Origin: an uncultured Candidatus Sumerlaeota bacterium
GTDB taxonomy: Bacteria; CAYMEV01
Direction of reading: 5' to 3'
NCBI GenBank assembly: GCA_964389675.1
Contig: CAYMEV010000008.1
Coordinates: forward strand, 43,084 to 107,083
DNA: 64,000 nt
Of the stretch, positions 1-10,800 are shown one piece after another. The notes under the pieces are model-generated. The model worked only from the letters and a program-made list of their open reading frames with translations. It ran no database searches and was not told the origin of the DNA. Each line of letters begins with the position of its first letter. Position 1 is the first letter of the stretch. Position numbers and translations under genes: made by a program.

Positions 1-776
1 AAAAAATTGCCCATATTGAACCTGAACAGCAGGACACCTGCGACAACCAGTATGAAAGCCTGCAGGAGGCCCATCATGAACCTGCCCAGAAATTTACCCC
101 CCCATAGCTCGGACATGGAAGTGTCTGAGAATAATATACGGGTAAGGACACCGTGTTTACGGTCTTCCATGACCGTAATCCCTCCGTAGATAAGGACCAT
201 CATCATTATAAACTGCACTGTCGTACCCGGTATTGTATGGTCAAATCCAGTAGGCACCTTTTTGACTGCACCTTCCGGGAATTGTGTCCGCACTTCCACA
301 ATATCCTTATACATGGAGGCATTTTCCTGGAAACCAGCCGGATTACCGCTTTCCTGAAGCACAAGCTCTGTTATTATCTTTGCTATTGCCTGGATTATCT
401 TTGTTTCTGCCTGGGCAGCTGCATTTACACTTGCCTTTGAATTCTTCCTGAATATGAGGGGCTGGGATTTTTTCAGGGCAATATTATCCGAGAAATCCTC
501 AGGTATTATCAGTATTCGGTTGTATTCTGAAGGTTCGCTCTCAGCCACATCCAGTTCAATATCCGGTGATTTCAGCTTCTCGATAAAATAACTGCCCCAT
601 TCTCCCCTGTCCTGGTTCAATACAGTAAGAGACGCTTTGGCCGGGCCGCTGTCCTTATAGATATTCCCGAAAATGAATATAAAGACCAGTGGAAACAGAA
701 GGGTCCAGAAGAAGAAGACCTTGTCCCTTACCATCATCCTGATATCATTTATACCTATATGCCAGATATTCTTCAT
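1..776 (-). CDS. ABC-2 type exporter permease (partial; 3' end runs off the window start)
   Basis: Not in the ORF track because it is truncated. Manual minus-strand reading from ATG at 776 gives MKNIWHIGINDIRMMVRDKVFFFWTLLFPLVFIFIF...TIPGTTVQFIMMMVLIYGGITVMEDRKHGVLTRILFS..., open to base 1. Same architecture as the adjacent permease. Confidence 0.85.
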   Translation of the reverse strand, partial: MKNIWHIGINDIRMMVRDKVFFFWTLLFPLVFIFIFGNIYKDSGPAKASLTVLNQDRGEWGSYFIEKLKSPDIELDVAESEPSEYNRILIIPEDFSDNIALKKSQPLIFRKNSKASVNAAAQAETKIIQAIAKIITELVLQESGNPAGFQENASMYKDIVEVRTQFPEGAVKKVPTGFDHTIPGTTVQFIMMMVLIYGGITVMEDRKHGVLTRILFSDTSMSELWGGKFLGRFMMGLLQAFILVVAGVLLFRFNMGNF

Positions 777-809
777 ATAAAATACACCTTCAATGCTAAA
801 TACCCCTGC

Positions 810-2051
810 TCACAGTTTTATCCTTTTTTTAAGCATTACCGATGCTGAAATAAAAAGAAGGATGCCTGCCGCCATAAGAATGAATATAGAATCTGAAGGG
901 AATATGCCATCTTTTATCTTCAGGCTGCCCTGAATGAACCAGTAATTGGGGGTTATCCTTGAAAAGATCTGCACCCCTGAAGGAAGGTTGTTGACCGGCA
1001 GGATGCTCCCGCCGAATGCGCTGAAGCCAAGTATTATTGGAGCAGAAAAAGCCCCTGCCTGGTTCCTGTTTTTAAAAAAGGAGTTAAGAAGTGAAAACAG
1101 GGATGCAATACAGAAGCATGTAACAGCACTTAAAAGAAAAAGGCTCAAATAACTGCCCCATTTAATATTAAATACCATAGAGCCTGCTGCTACAGTAAGG
1201 ATAAGGACAGCCGTACCCATAAACCAGCCGCTTAATATCCTTGCCATAATGATCTCGCCTGTCTTAAGGGGAGAGAACATCATGCGCTGAAGTTTGCCAT
1301 CTTCTCTCTCTGACAGTATCTCCCTGATAAATATCTCTATTATGAAAAACAAAAACATTATAGTCATTCCGGGTAATATATGGGAAAAAAGATTCAGGGC
1401 TGTCCCCTTCTCCTCTTCTGTCCTGCCCGTTACCTCGCTGTTCAGCTTAATTAAAAGAGGGTCAAGGTACTTAGCCAGGCTTTCTATCTTTGCCCTGCCT
1501 CTTTCCATGAAAGGTACCATATCCTGAATATTCACATCCTCTATTTCTTTATTCAGTGTACGGTCTATCTCCTTTATCTCCGGTTCAAAAGCCAGCACCA
1601 GGCCTGAGATAATCACAGCATATGTATTCATGAATTCTTCAACTATATTGGGAAGAAACTGCTCAGCCGGGTTCTTTATCACGGTCAGATCTGTTTTTTC
1701 TGCTTTAATCAGTTTTTCAGAAAAGTTTTCAGGTATGATAACCAGTGCTGATGCCTTGCCCTTTGATATGAGTTTCATGCCGTCCTCTTCCCCTACCATG
1801 CTTATATCAAACATATCCTTTATCTCAGGGGATGAGAAAGAGCCTAAAAACATCTGTGATCCTATGTTTTTATCTTTGTCGGCTATAAGGACCTTTATTC
1901 TGGGCAGTTCATTCTGATCACTGCCCGGGCTGAAGACAGAGCCTATTATGCCTGTCATAATGAGAGGGGTTATCATAAGCACAAGGATTGCAAGGGGTGA
2001 TTTCAGGCGCCTTTTCAAGTCATTCCTGAATATAAGGAGAATCCGCCTCAA
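810..2051 (-). CDS. ABC-2 type exporter permease
   Basis: 413 aa. N-terminal TM helix, large extracytoplasmic loop, then 'EREDGKLQRMMFSP' and multiple TM helices. Overlaps the ATPase stop by 4 nt. Confidence 0.9.
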   Translation of the reverse strand: MRRILLIFRNDLKRRLKSPLAILVLMITPLIMTGIIGSVFSPGSDQNELPRIKVLIADKDKNIGSQMFLGSFSSPEIKDMFDISMVGEEDGMKLISKGKASALVIIPENFSEKLIKAEKTDLTVIKNPAEQFLPNIVEEFMNTYAVIISGLVLAFEPEIKEIDRTLNKEIEDVNIQDMVPFMERGRAKIESLAKYLDPLLIKLNSEVTGRTEEEKGTALNLFSHILPGMTIMFLFFIIEIFIREILSEREDGKLQRMMFSPLKTGEIIMARILSGWFMGTAVLILTVAAGSMVFNIKWGSYLSLFLLSAVTCFCIASLFSLLNSFFKNRNQAGAFSAPIILGFSAFGGSILPVNNLPSGVQIFSRITPNYWFIQGSLKIKDGIFPSDSIFILMAAGILLFISASVMLKKRIKL

Positions 2052-2989
2052 TCCTCAAGGCTCCTTCCAGTAAGCTTGAGAAATACAGCTTCCAGGTTGG
2101 GGGATTTTATCTTTATATCTGCGATATGGACATTGTTCTTAAACATTATCTCAAGAAGCGAGGGAATTCTGTCAGTATTGTCAAAAGCCAGGCTGGCAAG
2201 GCCCTCATTAACTGAAAGGACATCAAAGCCCTCATTCCCTGTGCTGGACAGTATGCTTGAGGCCATCTCAGCATCAAATTCACCGGTGATCTCTACTATC
2301 TCTTTCTCACCGACGATTTTTATCAGCTCAGTCATTGTGCCCTGCGCTTTAATGGAGCCCTTGTCCATAATGGCTATATGAGAGCATATTTCCTCAACCT
2401 CTGACAGCTGGTGTGTTGTAAAAATAACAGATGTGCCTTCCCTGCCGACATCCTTGATTATCTCAAGGATATTCACCTTTGTCTGGACATCGATCCCTAC
2501 AGTAGGCTCATCCAGCAGGAGCAGTTCAGGCTTGTGGATCATCCCTATTGCAATATTAAGCCGGCGCTTCATACCCCCCGAGAAATTCTTTACAGGCTCC
2601 TTCAGCCTTTGGCTGAGGCCGACAAGTTCAAGGATCTCTTTTGAGTTTTTCTTAAGTTCGGATGCAGGGACATCATAGAGCCCGCCCCAGAACATAAGGT
2701 TATCCATACAGCTCAGATCTTCATAAAAAGCCATATCCTGGGGTACTATACCCATTCTGTTCTTCAGTACAGGATTTGAAAAAAGGTCACTGCCCTTAAA
2801 AGAAACTGATCCGGAAAAATCCTTCAATGTGCCAGATAGGACAGAGATGAGAGTGGTCTTGCCGGCTCCATTGGGGCCTAAAAGCCCCAGTATCTCCCCC
2901 CTGTGAAGCGAGAGGCTGAAGTTATCAAGAGCAACTGTATCGCCGTATGATTTTACGATATTCTTAATATCAAGTATTATACTTTCCAT
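2048..2989 (-). CDS. ABC-2 exporter ATP-binding protein
   Basis: Walker A GPNGAGKT, signature FSGGMKRR, Walker B LLLLDEPT, H-loop TTH. Confidence 0.95.
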   Translation of the reverse strand: MESIILDIKNIVKSYGDTVALDNFSLSLHRGEILGLLGPNGAGKTTLISVLSGTLKDFSGSVSFKGSDLFSNPVLKNRMGIVPQDMAFYEDLSCMDNLMFWGGLYDVPASELKKNSKEILELVGLSQRLKEPVKNFSGGMKRRLNIAIGMIHKPELLLLDEPTVGIDVQTKVNILEIIKDVGREGTSVIFTTHQLSEVEEICSHIAIMDKGSIKAQGTMTELIKIVGEKEIVEITGEFDAEMASSILSSTGNEGFDVLSVNEGLASLAFDNTDRIPSLLEIMFKNNVHIADIKIKSPNLEAVFLKLTGRSLED

Positions 2990-3033
2990 AAGATACTTTT
3001 AACACAGTCTGTCCCTTTGGCAACAATTAAATA

Positions 3034-3948
3034 TCATGGATTTGCATATACCCTTCTTCTTAATATTCCTATATTTGCAAGGGTAAAGATAAAAAGAGCT
3101 GTCCAGATAAAGCTGAAGCTTATGAAATGGATAATTGAAAAATATTCCCTGAAAACAAAAATACCCAGCATGAGCTTGATCGACGGGGCAATATACTGCA
3201 GGAACCCCATCATGGAAAAGGTGGTGTTTTCAACGCATTTTGCATAAAAGAGAAGGGGAACCGCAGTAATAATGCCGGTACCGGCAAGCAGCAGAGCAGT
3301 GGACAGGGGCATGGCCCCCAGCACCCCATTTCCGTTTTTTTCAAGGCTTCCTATATAAAGCAGGGCAACAGGCATTACGATAAATGTCTCCAGTGTCAGC
3401 CCGGTGATAGAATCCACCCTGGCTATCTTCTTTATAAGCCCGTACAGTGCAAATGTGCCAGCAAGCAGAAGCGCTATCCAGGGCAGTCTTCCGTAATGTA
3501 TTGTTATAATGATAACACCTGCACCGGCCAGGATAATTGCGATAAGCTGCCATCTGGAAAGGACTTCCTTAAAGACAGTTACACCAAGCATAACGACAAC
3601 AAGAGGGTTTATGAAATAGCCCATGCTCGCTTCGATTACATGATCGCTGTTTACAGCATAGATATAGGTATACCAGTTTGCGCTTATTATAAATCCGCAT
3701 GCAAACATTAAAAGCATTCTTTTTGTATCGGATGCGACAATCCTGATCCTTTTCCAGCCCTTGAAAATGCCTGCAACCAGAAGCATAAATAAAAATGACC
3801 ATGCTATCCTGTGTGCAAGAGTCTCTAACGGAGATACAGCCTTCAGAAGCTTCCAGTAAAGGGGAAGCATTCCCCATAGCCCGTATGCAAGAATACCGTA
3901 GATGATGCCTGCAATATTCCCGTCCCTTTTACCTGTATGAATACCCAT
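3034..3948 (-). CDS. rarD: RarD family EamA/DMT transporter
   Basis: Motifs 'AYGLWGMLPLYWK', 'EASMGYFINPL', 'GFLQYIAPS'; about 10 TM segments. Confidence 0.9.
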   Translation of the reverse strand: MGIHTGKRDGNIAGIIYGILAYGLWGMLPLYWKLLKAVSPLETLAHRIAWSFLFMLLVAGIFKGWKRIRIVASDTKRMLLMFACGFIISANWYTYIYAVNSDHVIEASMGYFINPLVVVMLGVTVFKEVLSRWQLIAIILAGAGVIIITIHYGRLPWIALLLAGTFALYGLIKKIARVDSITGLTLETFIVMPVALLYIGSLEKNGNGVLGAMPLSTALLLAGTGIITAVPLLFYAKCVENTTFSMMGFLQYIAPSIKLMLGIFVFREYFSIIHFISFSFIWTALFIFTLANIGILRRRVYANP

Positions 3949-4071
3949 CTAAGAAACCTCTCAGAAACATGTCAGGTGGTTATAATACTTTAAGGCATCA
4001 GAATATCAAATAAAATATTGATTAATCCCGGCATACAGCTGGTTATTCAAGGGGAAAGACAAATTATAATT

Positions 4072-7000
4072 TCAGGCCTGGCTGCTTCTGCTTAGTTTAT
4101 CAATACTTTTTTTATAGATGATCCTGGGTTTCTTTTTATAAGCCAGCTCGTAGAAATTTATTGCTGAAAGCCTGTATTGATCATTAAGGGTAAGAGTGTA
4201 GAGTTCTGAATATATATCAGCACTCTGATAATCTTCAATATCCTCCGAAAGCAATTCTTTCAATTTTCTCACAGCTGAGGGTTTATCCATTTTGCCCATT
4301 ATTCTGCAGGATTGAATTTTTGCGTTCATTATACCGGTATGATTATCTGTCTCTATTGATATGCGGAGAGCTTCATCATTTATCACTTTTGCATCATCAT
4401 AGATCTTCCTGTCAAAGAGGATCCCTGCTTTACTGAGCAGGCAGGCTGTTAAAAACGGGTTTTTAGCCTTCAGCTCCCTGAATATACTGATTGCAAGATC
4501 ATAGTATCTTTCAGCCTGTTCATAATCTCCGCACTCCTGGTATACATCTGCCAAATTTCCTTTTGCAATGCCCTGTTCACGCTTATCCCCTATATCTATT
4601 GCGATCTCCAGCTGAACATTGAAGCATTCGATTGCTTTTTCATAATTCCCGCAGTGTTGAAATACAATCCCCATATTCGCCACAGCATTCCTGATACCCC
4701 TTTTATCACCGATATCCTCTGACAAACGCCGCTGGATCTCATAATATTTCAGGGCTTTCTCATATTGGCCGGTTCTTGAATATACTACGGCGGTATTATG
4801 CAGTGCTACACCTACTCCCTCTTTGTATCCAATTTCCTCCGATACCTTCAGGTGCCTGTCAAAATACTCCAGAGCCTTTTCATATTCGCCGAGCCTTGAA
4901 TACACTATGCCGGTATTGCCGTATGTAATACCTGTACCCTGTTTGTCGCCAATCTCTTTCAGTATTGAAGAAACTCTTGAAAAACATTCCAGTGCCTCAT
5001 TATACTGTCCCAGCTTGTTGTATACATTTCCCAGATTTCCCATGGCATTACCGTATCCCTTCTTATCATCAATGCTTTCACAGATATCAGTACATATTTC
5101 AAAGCATTCCACTGCTTCTTTATACCTTGACTGCTCGAAATATATAGTCCCGATCTTGTTAAAGGCCTGGCTAAGCCCTTTTTTGTCATTTATCCTGTTG
5201 CACAGGTCCTTATACCTTTCATTCCATATTAAGGCCTTATCAAACTGAAAGCTTTTATAATAATAATTTACAATACTGTTCATTGTCTCAGCCATTACTG
5301 GATCAATTTTAATCCTCTCTGCAATTTTCAGGCTCTGATCAAAGGATTCTTTTGCTTTATTGAAATTACCCGTTTTCAGGAGGATATTTCCATTTATATT
5401 AAGCATTTTTGCAAGGGATATTTCCCTGTTTGAAACCTCAGCTGTTTTTATAGCCTCAGCAAGCAGTTCCATCACATCCTCCCACTTTCCCAGTATCTCC
5501 ATGGATACTGCCTTTTTCAGCTTTATATCAAGGATCTCATCTGTATCAGATTTATCAAGCAGGCCCAGGACAATATCATAATTTTTTATCGCTCTTTCGT
5601 TAAAATAAGCCTTTTTGGCATTATCACCGCAGACCGTATAATACTGTATTGCCTTTGCCCTGTTACCACCCTCAAGAAAATGATATGCAGTCTCCTCAGC
5701 ATAAAACAGCGGATATTCAGTACCAATTGCTTCAAGGGATTCTGCAAGCTGCAGGCTTGTCTTTTTTTTGTCAGTTATCGTTTTTTTAACCAGATTCTTT
5801 GTAAGCATACTGCAGAAACCATAATTTACGCCTGCTGCTGTCCTGGAGGCCTCGAGGACTTCAAGCCTTTCAAGTTCAATGAGCATCCTTGCTGAATCCA
5901 TGGGGGAAATGCTTCGTATTATCTTCACTATTGCATCTGCGGAAAGGTTGATTCTCAGAAGGGACAGTACCTGGAGAATATTCTTTTTGTCCTCATCCTC
6001 ATTCAGCCTCTTTATTCTTTGTCTGATAATATCCTGGAGGCTTTCCGGTATATCACTTTTTTTTATCTTTTTTGAAAGGTCCCAGAAAATTCTACCTTTT
6101 TTGATCAGGTTCTTATCAATAAGCGATTTTATCAATTCTTCGAGAAAAAAAGGATTACCCCCGACCCTTTCCCTGATCCTTGCAATCTTCTCCCTTATGC
6201 TGCCGCCTGTACATTCTGCACCAAAAATATTTTCAATGTATTCCCGCACTGCTTCATTATCCAGAGGAAGAAGATCCAGCCTTCCAGCCTGTTTCAGCGA
6301 AAGCAATTCAGAAGCCGGGCTTTTTATTTTGAGCCTGTTCTCATTTATATTTGCATATATAAGCAGGTTTGGTCCATCCTTTCCTTGAAGTGCAGTTCTG
6401 TGCAGTATGCCCTTCAGTATGTCTACAGACCCTTCATCAATATACTGAAGGTCATTTATAAAAATAATGCTGGGCGCATCCTGACTGAATGCAAATTCAA
6501 TTATCATATCTGAGAGCATCCGTTCAGTGATCTCCTTCTGCAGTTTGGGATCGTCATATAATTCAAAGATCTTATAACCCTCAAGCAGTTCAGAACCATG
6601 AATCAGGTGAAGAAGGTACTGGCCGTATTTATCAGTGATCTCACGGGAGGAAAGGATCAGTACCTGGTGCAGGATCTCTGCCATGGTTTGATAAGGCCTT
6701 GCATCTCCCTCCATGGCGCTTGCTTCAAAAAAATTAATGTCGTTCAGGCGGCAGTATTTCTTAAACTCCGTAAAAAGCCTTGTTTTCCCTATTCCTACAG
6801 GCCCATGGCATATAATGATATTTTTGCCTTTCCCGCTGAACAGATGGTGCCTGAGGAATTCAAGCTCCTTTTTCCTGTTAATAAATGCATTACCGAGGAC
6901 ATAACTGCTTTTTGTATTAGAGGTCTCAAACTCAATTCCACTGTCAAAATCAGCCCTTAAATCATCTATGATCTCTGAACAGTGTCTGTATCTGCTGTCT

Positions 7001-7740
7001 GTCCGGTATGATGTCATCTTTCCAATTATATTCCTCAGGGGTTTTTGCTTGATCTTAAGCAGCATCTCTTCATGATATATGCTGTATCTGTCCTCATTGC
7101 CGAGCACCTCGAGGACTGCTCCTTCTTTTCCTGAAAAGAAAGTGAATCCTGCAAGCATCTCATAAAATACAAGCCCGAGAGAAAATATATCCATAGAGGT
7201 GTTTACATTTCCCTTCAGGCCATCAGGAGACATATACTGCATAGTCCCCTTAAGCAAATTGTCATTTACCCGTGAGAAGGCTGAAAAGCCGAAATCAAGC
7301 AGTTTTATGCCATTTGTTAAAAGCATGATATTTTTCGGTTTGATATCTCTGTATATTATATTTCTACTGTGTATATATTCCAGAGTCCTTAAAATCTGAA
7401 CAATAATATCAACTGCTGTGCCTGCACCCCATTTTTGCCCGCTTCCTGTTTTCCCTGACAGCAGGCCGCCCTTCAGGTACTCCATCACGATAAAGCAGTT
7501 GTCATCATCATGTCCGAATTCATATACCTGTGTCAGGTTCGGATGCTTCAGCCTTGTCATAATATCATATTCATTTTTAAGCTCATTTATGCCATTCTTT
7601 CCTTGCATAGCCAGAATGCTGTGCTTAATGGTCTTGAGGGCAAATGGTATATCATCATTCAGGGTATCTTCAACAAGGTATACCATCCCCATACCGCCAT
7701 GCCCCAGTTCCCTGACGATCCTGTACCTGTTACCGATCAT
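4072..7740 (-). CDS. Ser/Thr protein kinase - P-loop NTPase (AAA_16/STAND-like) - TPR repeat protein, paralog 1
   Basis: Kinase motifs GHGGMG, ALK, YRDIKPKN, DFG. Walker A GPVGIGKT, Walker B IIFINDLQ, 'VGGNPFFLEEL'. C-terminal 40-aa TPR-like repeats. Confidence 0.9.
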   Translation of the reverse strand: MIGNRYRIVRELGHGGMGMVYLVEDTLNDDIPFALKTIKHSILAMQGKNGINELKNEYDIMTRLKHPNLTQVYEFGHDDDNCFIVMEYLKGGLLSGKTGSGQKWGAGTAVDIIVQILRTLEYIHSRNIIYRDIKPKNIMLLTNGIKLLDFGFSAFSRVNDNLLKGTMQYMSPDGLKGNVNTSMDIFSLGLVFYEMLAGFTFFSGKEGAVLEVLGNEDRYSIYHEEMLLKIKQKPLRNIIGKMTSYRTDSRYRHCSEIIDDLRADFDSGIEFETSNTKSSYVLGNAFINRKKELEFLRHHLFSGKGKNIIICHGPVGIGKTRLFTEFKKYCRLNDINFFEASAMEGDARPYQTMAEILHQVLILSSREITDKYGQYLLHLIHGSELLEGYKIFELYDDPKLQKEITERMLSDMIIEFAFSQDAPSIIFINDLQYIDEGSVDILKGILHRTALQGKDGPNLLIYANINENRLKIKSPASELLSLKQAGRLDLLPLDNEAVREYIENIFGAECTGGSIREKIARIRERVGGNPFFLEELIKSLIDKNLIKKGRIFWDLSKKIKKSDIPESLQDIIRQRIKRLNEDEDKKNILQVLSLLRINLSADAIVKIIRSISPMDSARMLIELERLEVLEASRTAAGVNYGFCSMLTKNLVKKTITDKKKTSLQLAESLEAIGTEYPLFYAEETAYHFLEGGNRAKAIQYYTVCGDNAKKAYFNERAIKNYDIVLGLLDKSDTDEILDIKLKKAVSMEILGKWEDVMELLAEAIKTAEVSNREISLAKMLNINGNILLKTGNFNKAKESFDQSLKIAERIKIDPVMAETMNSIVNYYYKSFQFDKALIWNERYKDLCNRINDKKGLSQAFNKIGTIYFEQSRYKEAVECFEICTDICESIDDKKGYGNAMGNLGNVYNKLGQYNEALECFSRVSSILKEIGDKQGTGITYGNTGIVYSRLGEYEKALEYFDRHLKVSEEIGYKEGVGVALHNTAVVYSRTGQYEKALKYYEIQRRLSEDIGDKRGIRNAVANMGIVFQHCGNYEKAIECFNVQLEIAIDIGDKREQGIAKGNLADVYQECGDYEQAERYYDLAISIFRELKAKNPFLTACLLSKAGILFDRKIYDDAKVINDEALRISIETDNHTGIMNAKIQSCRIMGKMDKPSAVRKLKELLSEDIEDYQSADIYSELYTLTLNDQYRLSAINFYELAYKKKPRIIYKKSIDKLSRSSQA

Positions 7741-7815
7741 CCAGCAGTCCTTTCCTGATTTTAATGTTCATTCTGCCTGCCTGATAAAATATTTTATTAT
7801 GACAGCTTCCTGGTA

Positions 7816-10800
7816 TTATTTAGATTTTTTCTTGAGGATCCTGATTCTTTTTTCAAACTCATACAGCGGCTCCTCTTCAAAAAGGCCGCTGTAGAGCCTG
7901 AGTGCCTCTTTCCTGTATTTTACCTCTTCCTTCAGCATATAGAGCTGGAAACAGATCTCCGCCTTTTCTCTTCTGCTCCGCTCCTCATTCAGCATTTCCA
8001 GCATTCTGCGTACTGCAGATTCTGTATTGCTTACAGCCATCATCCTTATCCTCAGCATCTCCATGTTGAAAAGAAGCGCTTTATCCCTCAGCCCCGCCCC
8101 TGTTTTCTCCAGTTCCTGAATACAGCTTTCTGCATCCTCATACTCCCTGTTATCCAGATGCAGTACGGATTTATCACAGAGGAATTCGGCAAGAAGGCTC
8201 TTTATACCAAGAGCTCTGAATATATCAGCAGCCTTGTTAAAGCATCTCAATGCCATGTCTTTCCGACCCAGCTCATAATAAGCCTTGCCCATATTGCCGG
8301 ATGCGAAGCCAATACTGCGTTTATCCCCGGTTTCTTCCGCTATTTTTTCCCTTACCTTAAGCATTTTCAGTGCTTCCTGGAAATCTCCCCTGTAAAGAAG
8401 GACACCGCCTATATTTCCTGATGCAGCCCCTTCGCCCATCCTGTCACCAATCTCTTCTGATATCTTTTTATAGATCTCATAGGATTTCAGGGCCTTGTCA
8501 TAATGCCCCATTGCACAGTATACAGTACCCATATTGGCTGTTGCTATGCCTGTGCCTCTTCTATCCCCTATCTCTTCTGCAACCTTTTTCCTCTTTTCAT
8601 GGTAATCAAGCGCTTTGTCATATTCACCCAGGTCATAATAAAGTATCCCGAGGTTTCCATATGCAATACCTGCCCCTATCTTGTCCCCGAGCTCCATGCT
8701 CAGCCTCATGTTCAGAAGATGGTTGTCCAGTGCCTTACGGTAGTTGCCCAGGTCATAATATATAATGCCTATATTGCCTGCGGCAGAGCCTATACCCCTT
8801 TTATCGCCTGTCTCTTCCGAGATCTTCTTATATACCTCGTAGCATTCAAGGGCTTTTTTGTAGTCACCCTGATTATTATATACATTGCCCATATTGCATA
8901 CAGCTTTGGCAAAGCCCTTTTTATCACCTGCTTTTATCGAGATATCCCTGTAAGATATGAAGCAGTCAATAGCTTCATTGAACCTGGACTGTATATTATA
9001 TATATTGCCAATATTATTAAGTGCAGTGGAATATCCCCGAATATCGCCGCACTTTTCCCATACATGCCTGTTATTATTGAATATATCTATAGCAGTTTCA
9101 TACTGTGATTTATAAAAATAATAATTTATAATGTTTGTTATAGTCTCTGCAAGAAGCTTATAATTGTTTTCTGATTCAGCAATCCTTCTGCTCTCCTCAA
9201 ATGAACACCCCGCAGATTCAAGATCCCCCTTCCGAAGAAGGATACTCCCCCGTATATTATTTATCTTTCCCAGTATCAGCCTGTTTTCTGATCTTTCAGC
9301 AATAAGAGCGCAATCTTTTAGTATTTCAAGCGCATCATCCCATTGGCCAAGTTCTTTCAGGGATATCGCCTTTCTAATAAGCACACCGAGGATCTCAGCC
9401 ATATCTGAGCCTTTTTTCAGCTTAAGGGCGATATCATAAAACCTTACAGCCTTTTCATTAAAATACCTGGACTGAGCATTATCCCCGCATTTTATATAAT
9501 ATTCCACAGCTTTATCTGTATTTTCCCCTTTTTCATAATGATAGGCTGTCTCTTCTGTAAAAAGGTCCGATACAGCACCATAATTCCTGTCAAGTATGTC
9601 TGCAAGCAGGCTGTGGAGTTTCCGGCTGTTTTTGACAGTTTCCCTTACAAGGTATTTGACTGTACTGCTTGCAAATGAGTACTTGAATGAACCGGCGGTC
9701 CTTATCGACTGCATTATCTCAAGCCTCTCCAGGTCAAGGACTATCCTCATTGCATCAGAATCCGTGGTGCTCTTTATTATTGCCCTTATAAGCCCTGATT
9801 CCAGGTCAGTCCTTAATAGTGACAATATCTGCAGGACATTTCTGTAATCCTTTTCTTTCATGATCTTTTCAAGCCTTGCTTTGGCTATCTCAAGAAGATT
9901 GGGTGGTATGTCCATATCATCAATATCCCTGGTCAATCTCCAGTACCCCCTGTCCTTTATGATCAGATCGTTTTCAATAAGGGATTTTATAAGCTGTTCA
10001 AGGAAAAGAGGGTTACCGCTTACCATATCGCGCATTTTTCCTACAGATTTCCTGATGCTCTCATCTATGAACCTGGACCCGAAAATCTTCTCAATAAACT
10101 CAGCCACTCCATTCCGGTCTAAAGGATGCAGGTCAGCAGTCTTTAATCCTTCCATAGTGAAGAACCCGGCAAATTCCTGTTTTTTTTCTATCTTTCCCTC
10201 ATCAATATTTGCAATTATAATAAGGTCCTTCGATCCTGTCTCTGAGATGTTCATTTTGTGGAGCAGTACCCTGAGCATCTCCAGAGAACCTTCATCTATC
10301 CACTGAAGGTCATCAAAGCATATTGCAGCCTTGTATCTGCTCTCCCTGCAGAACCCCAGAATAAAATCCGTTGCGTTCTGGATAATTATATCCTTTAAGG
10401 CTTTAGGGTCATCTGACCCATCCGGATCCGGAAATTCAGCCAGGTATGTAAAACCCGGAAGGATATGTTTCAGGTTTGTGCCATACCTTTGAAGCAGTTC
10501 CCGGGATGACAGGATTATCATCCTTTCAAGCATTTCACATATCGAGTAATACTCCTTTATCCCGCCTTCCATGCATGTGCTTTCGAAATAAGGAATGGAA
10601 TTGAGCCTGCAGTGTTTCTTCAGCTCCCTGAACAGCCTTGTTTTACCTGCACCGGCAGTTCCCCTGTATATGAACATGCATGGGTTCCTGCTTCCGGCAA
10701 GGCCGTCCTTAAGGATCTGCATTTCCCTGTGCCTGTCGGCAAAAGCATTGCCGAGAACATAGCTTTCCTTTGTCTCTGAGGATTCATACTCATAGGCCCT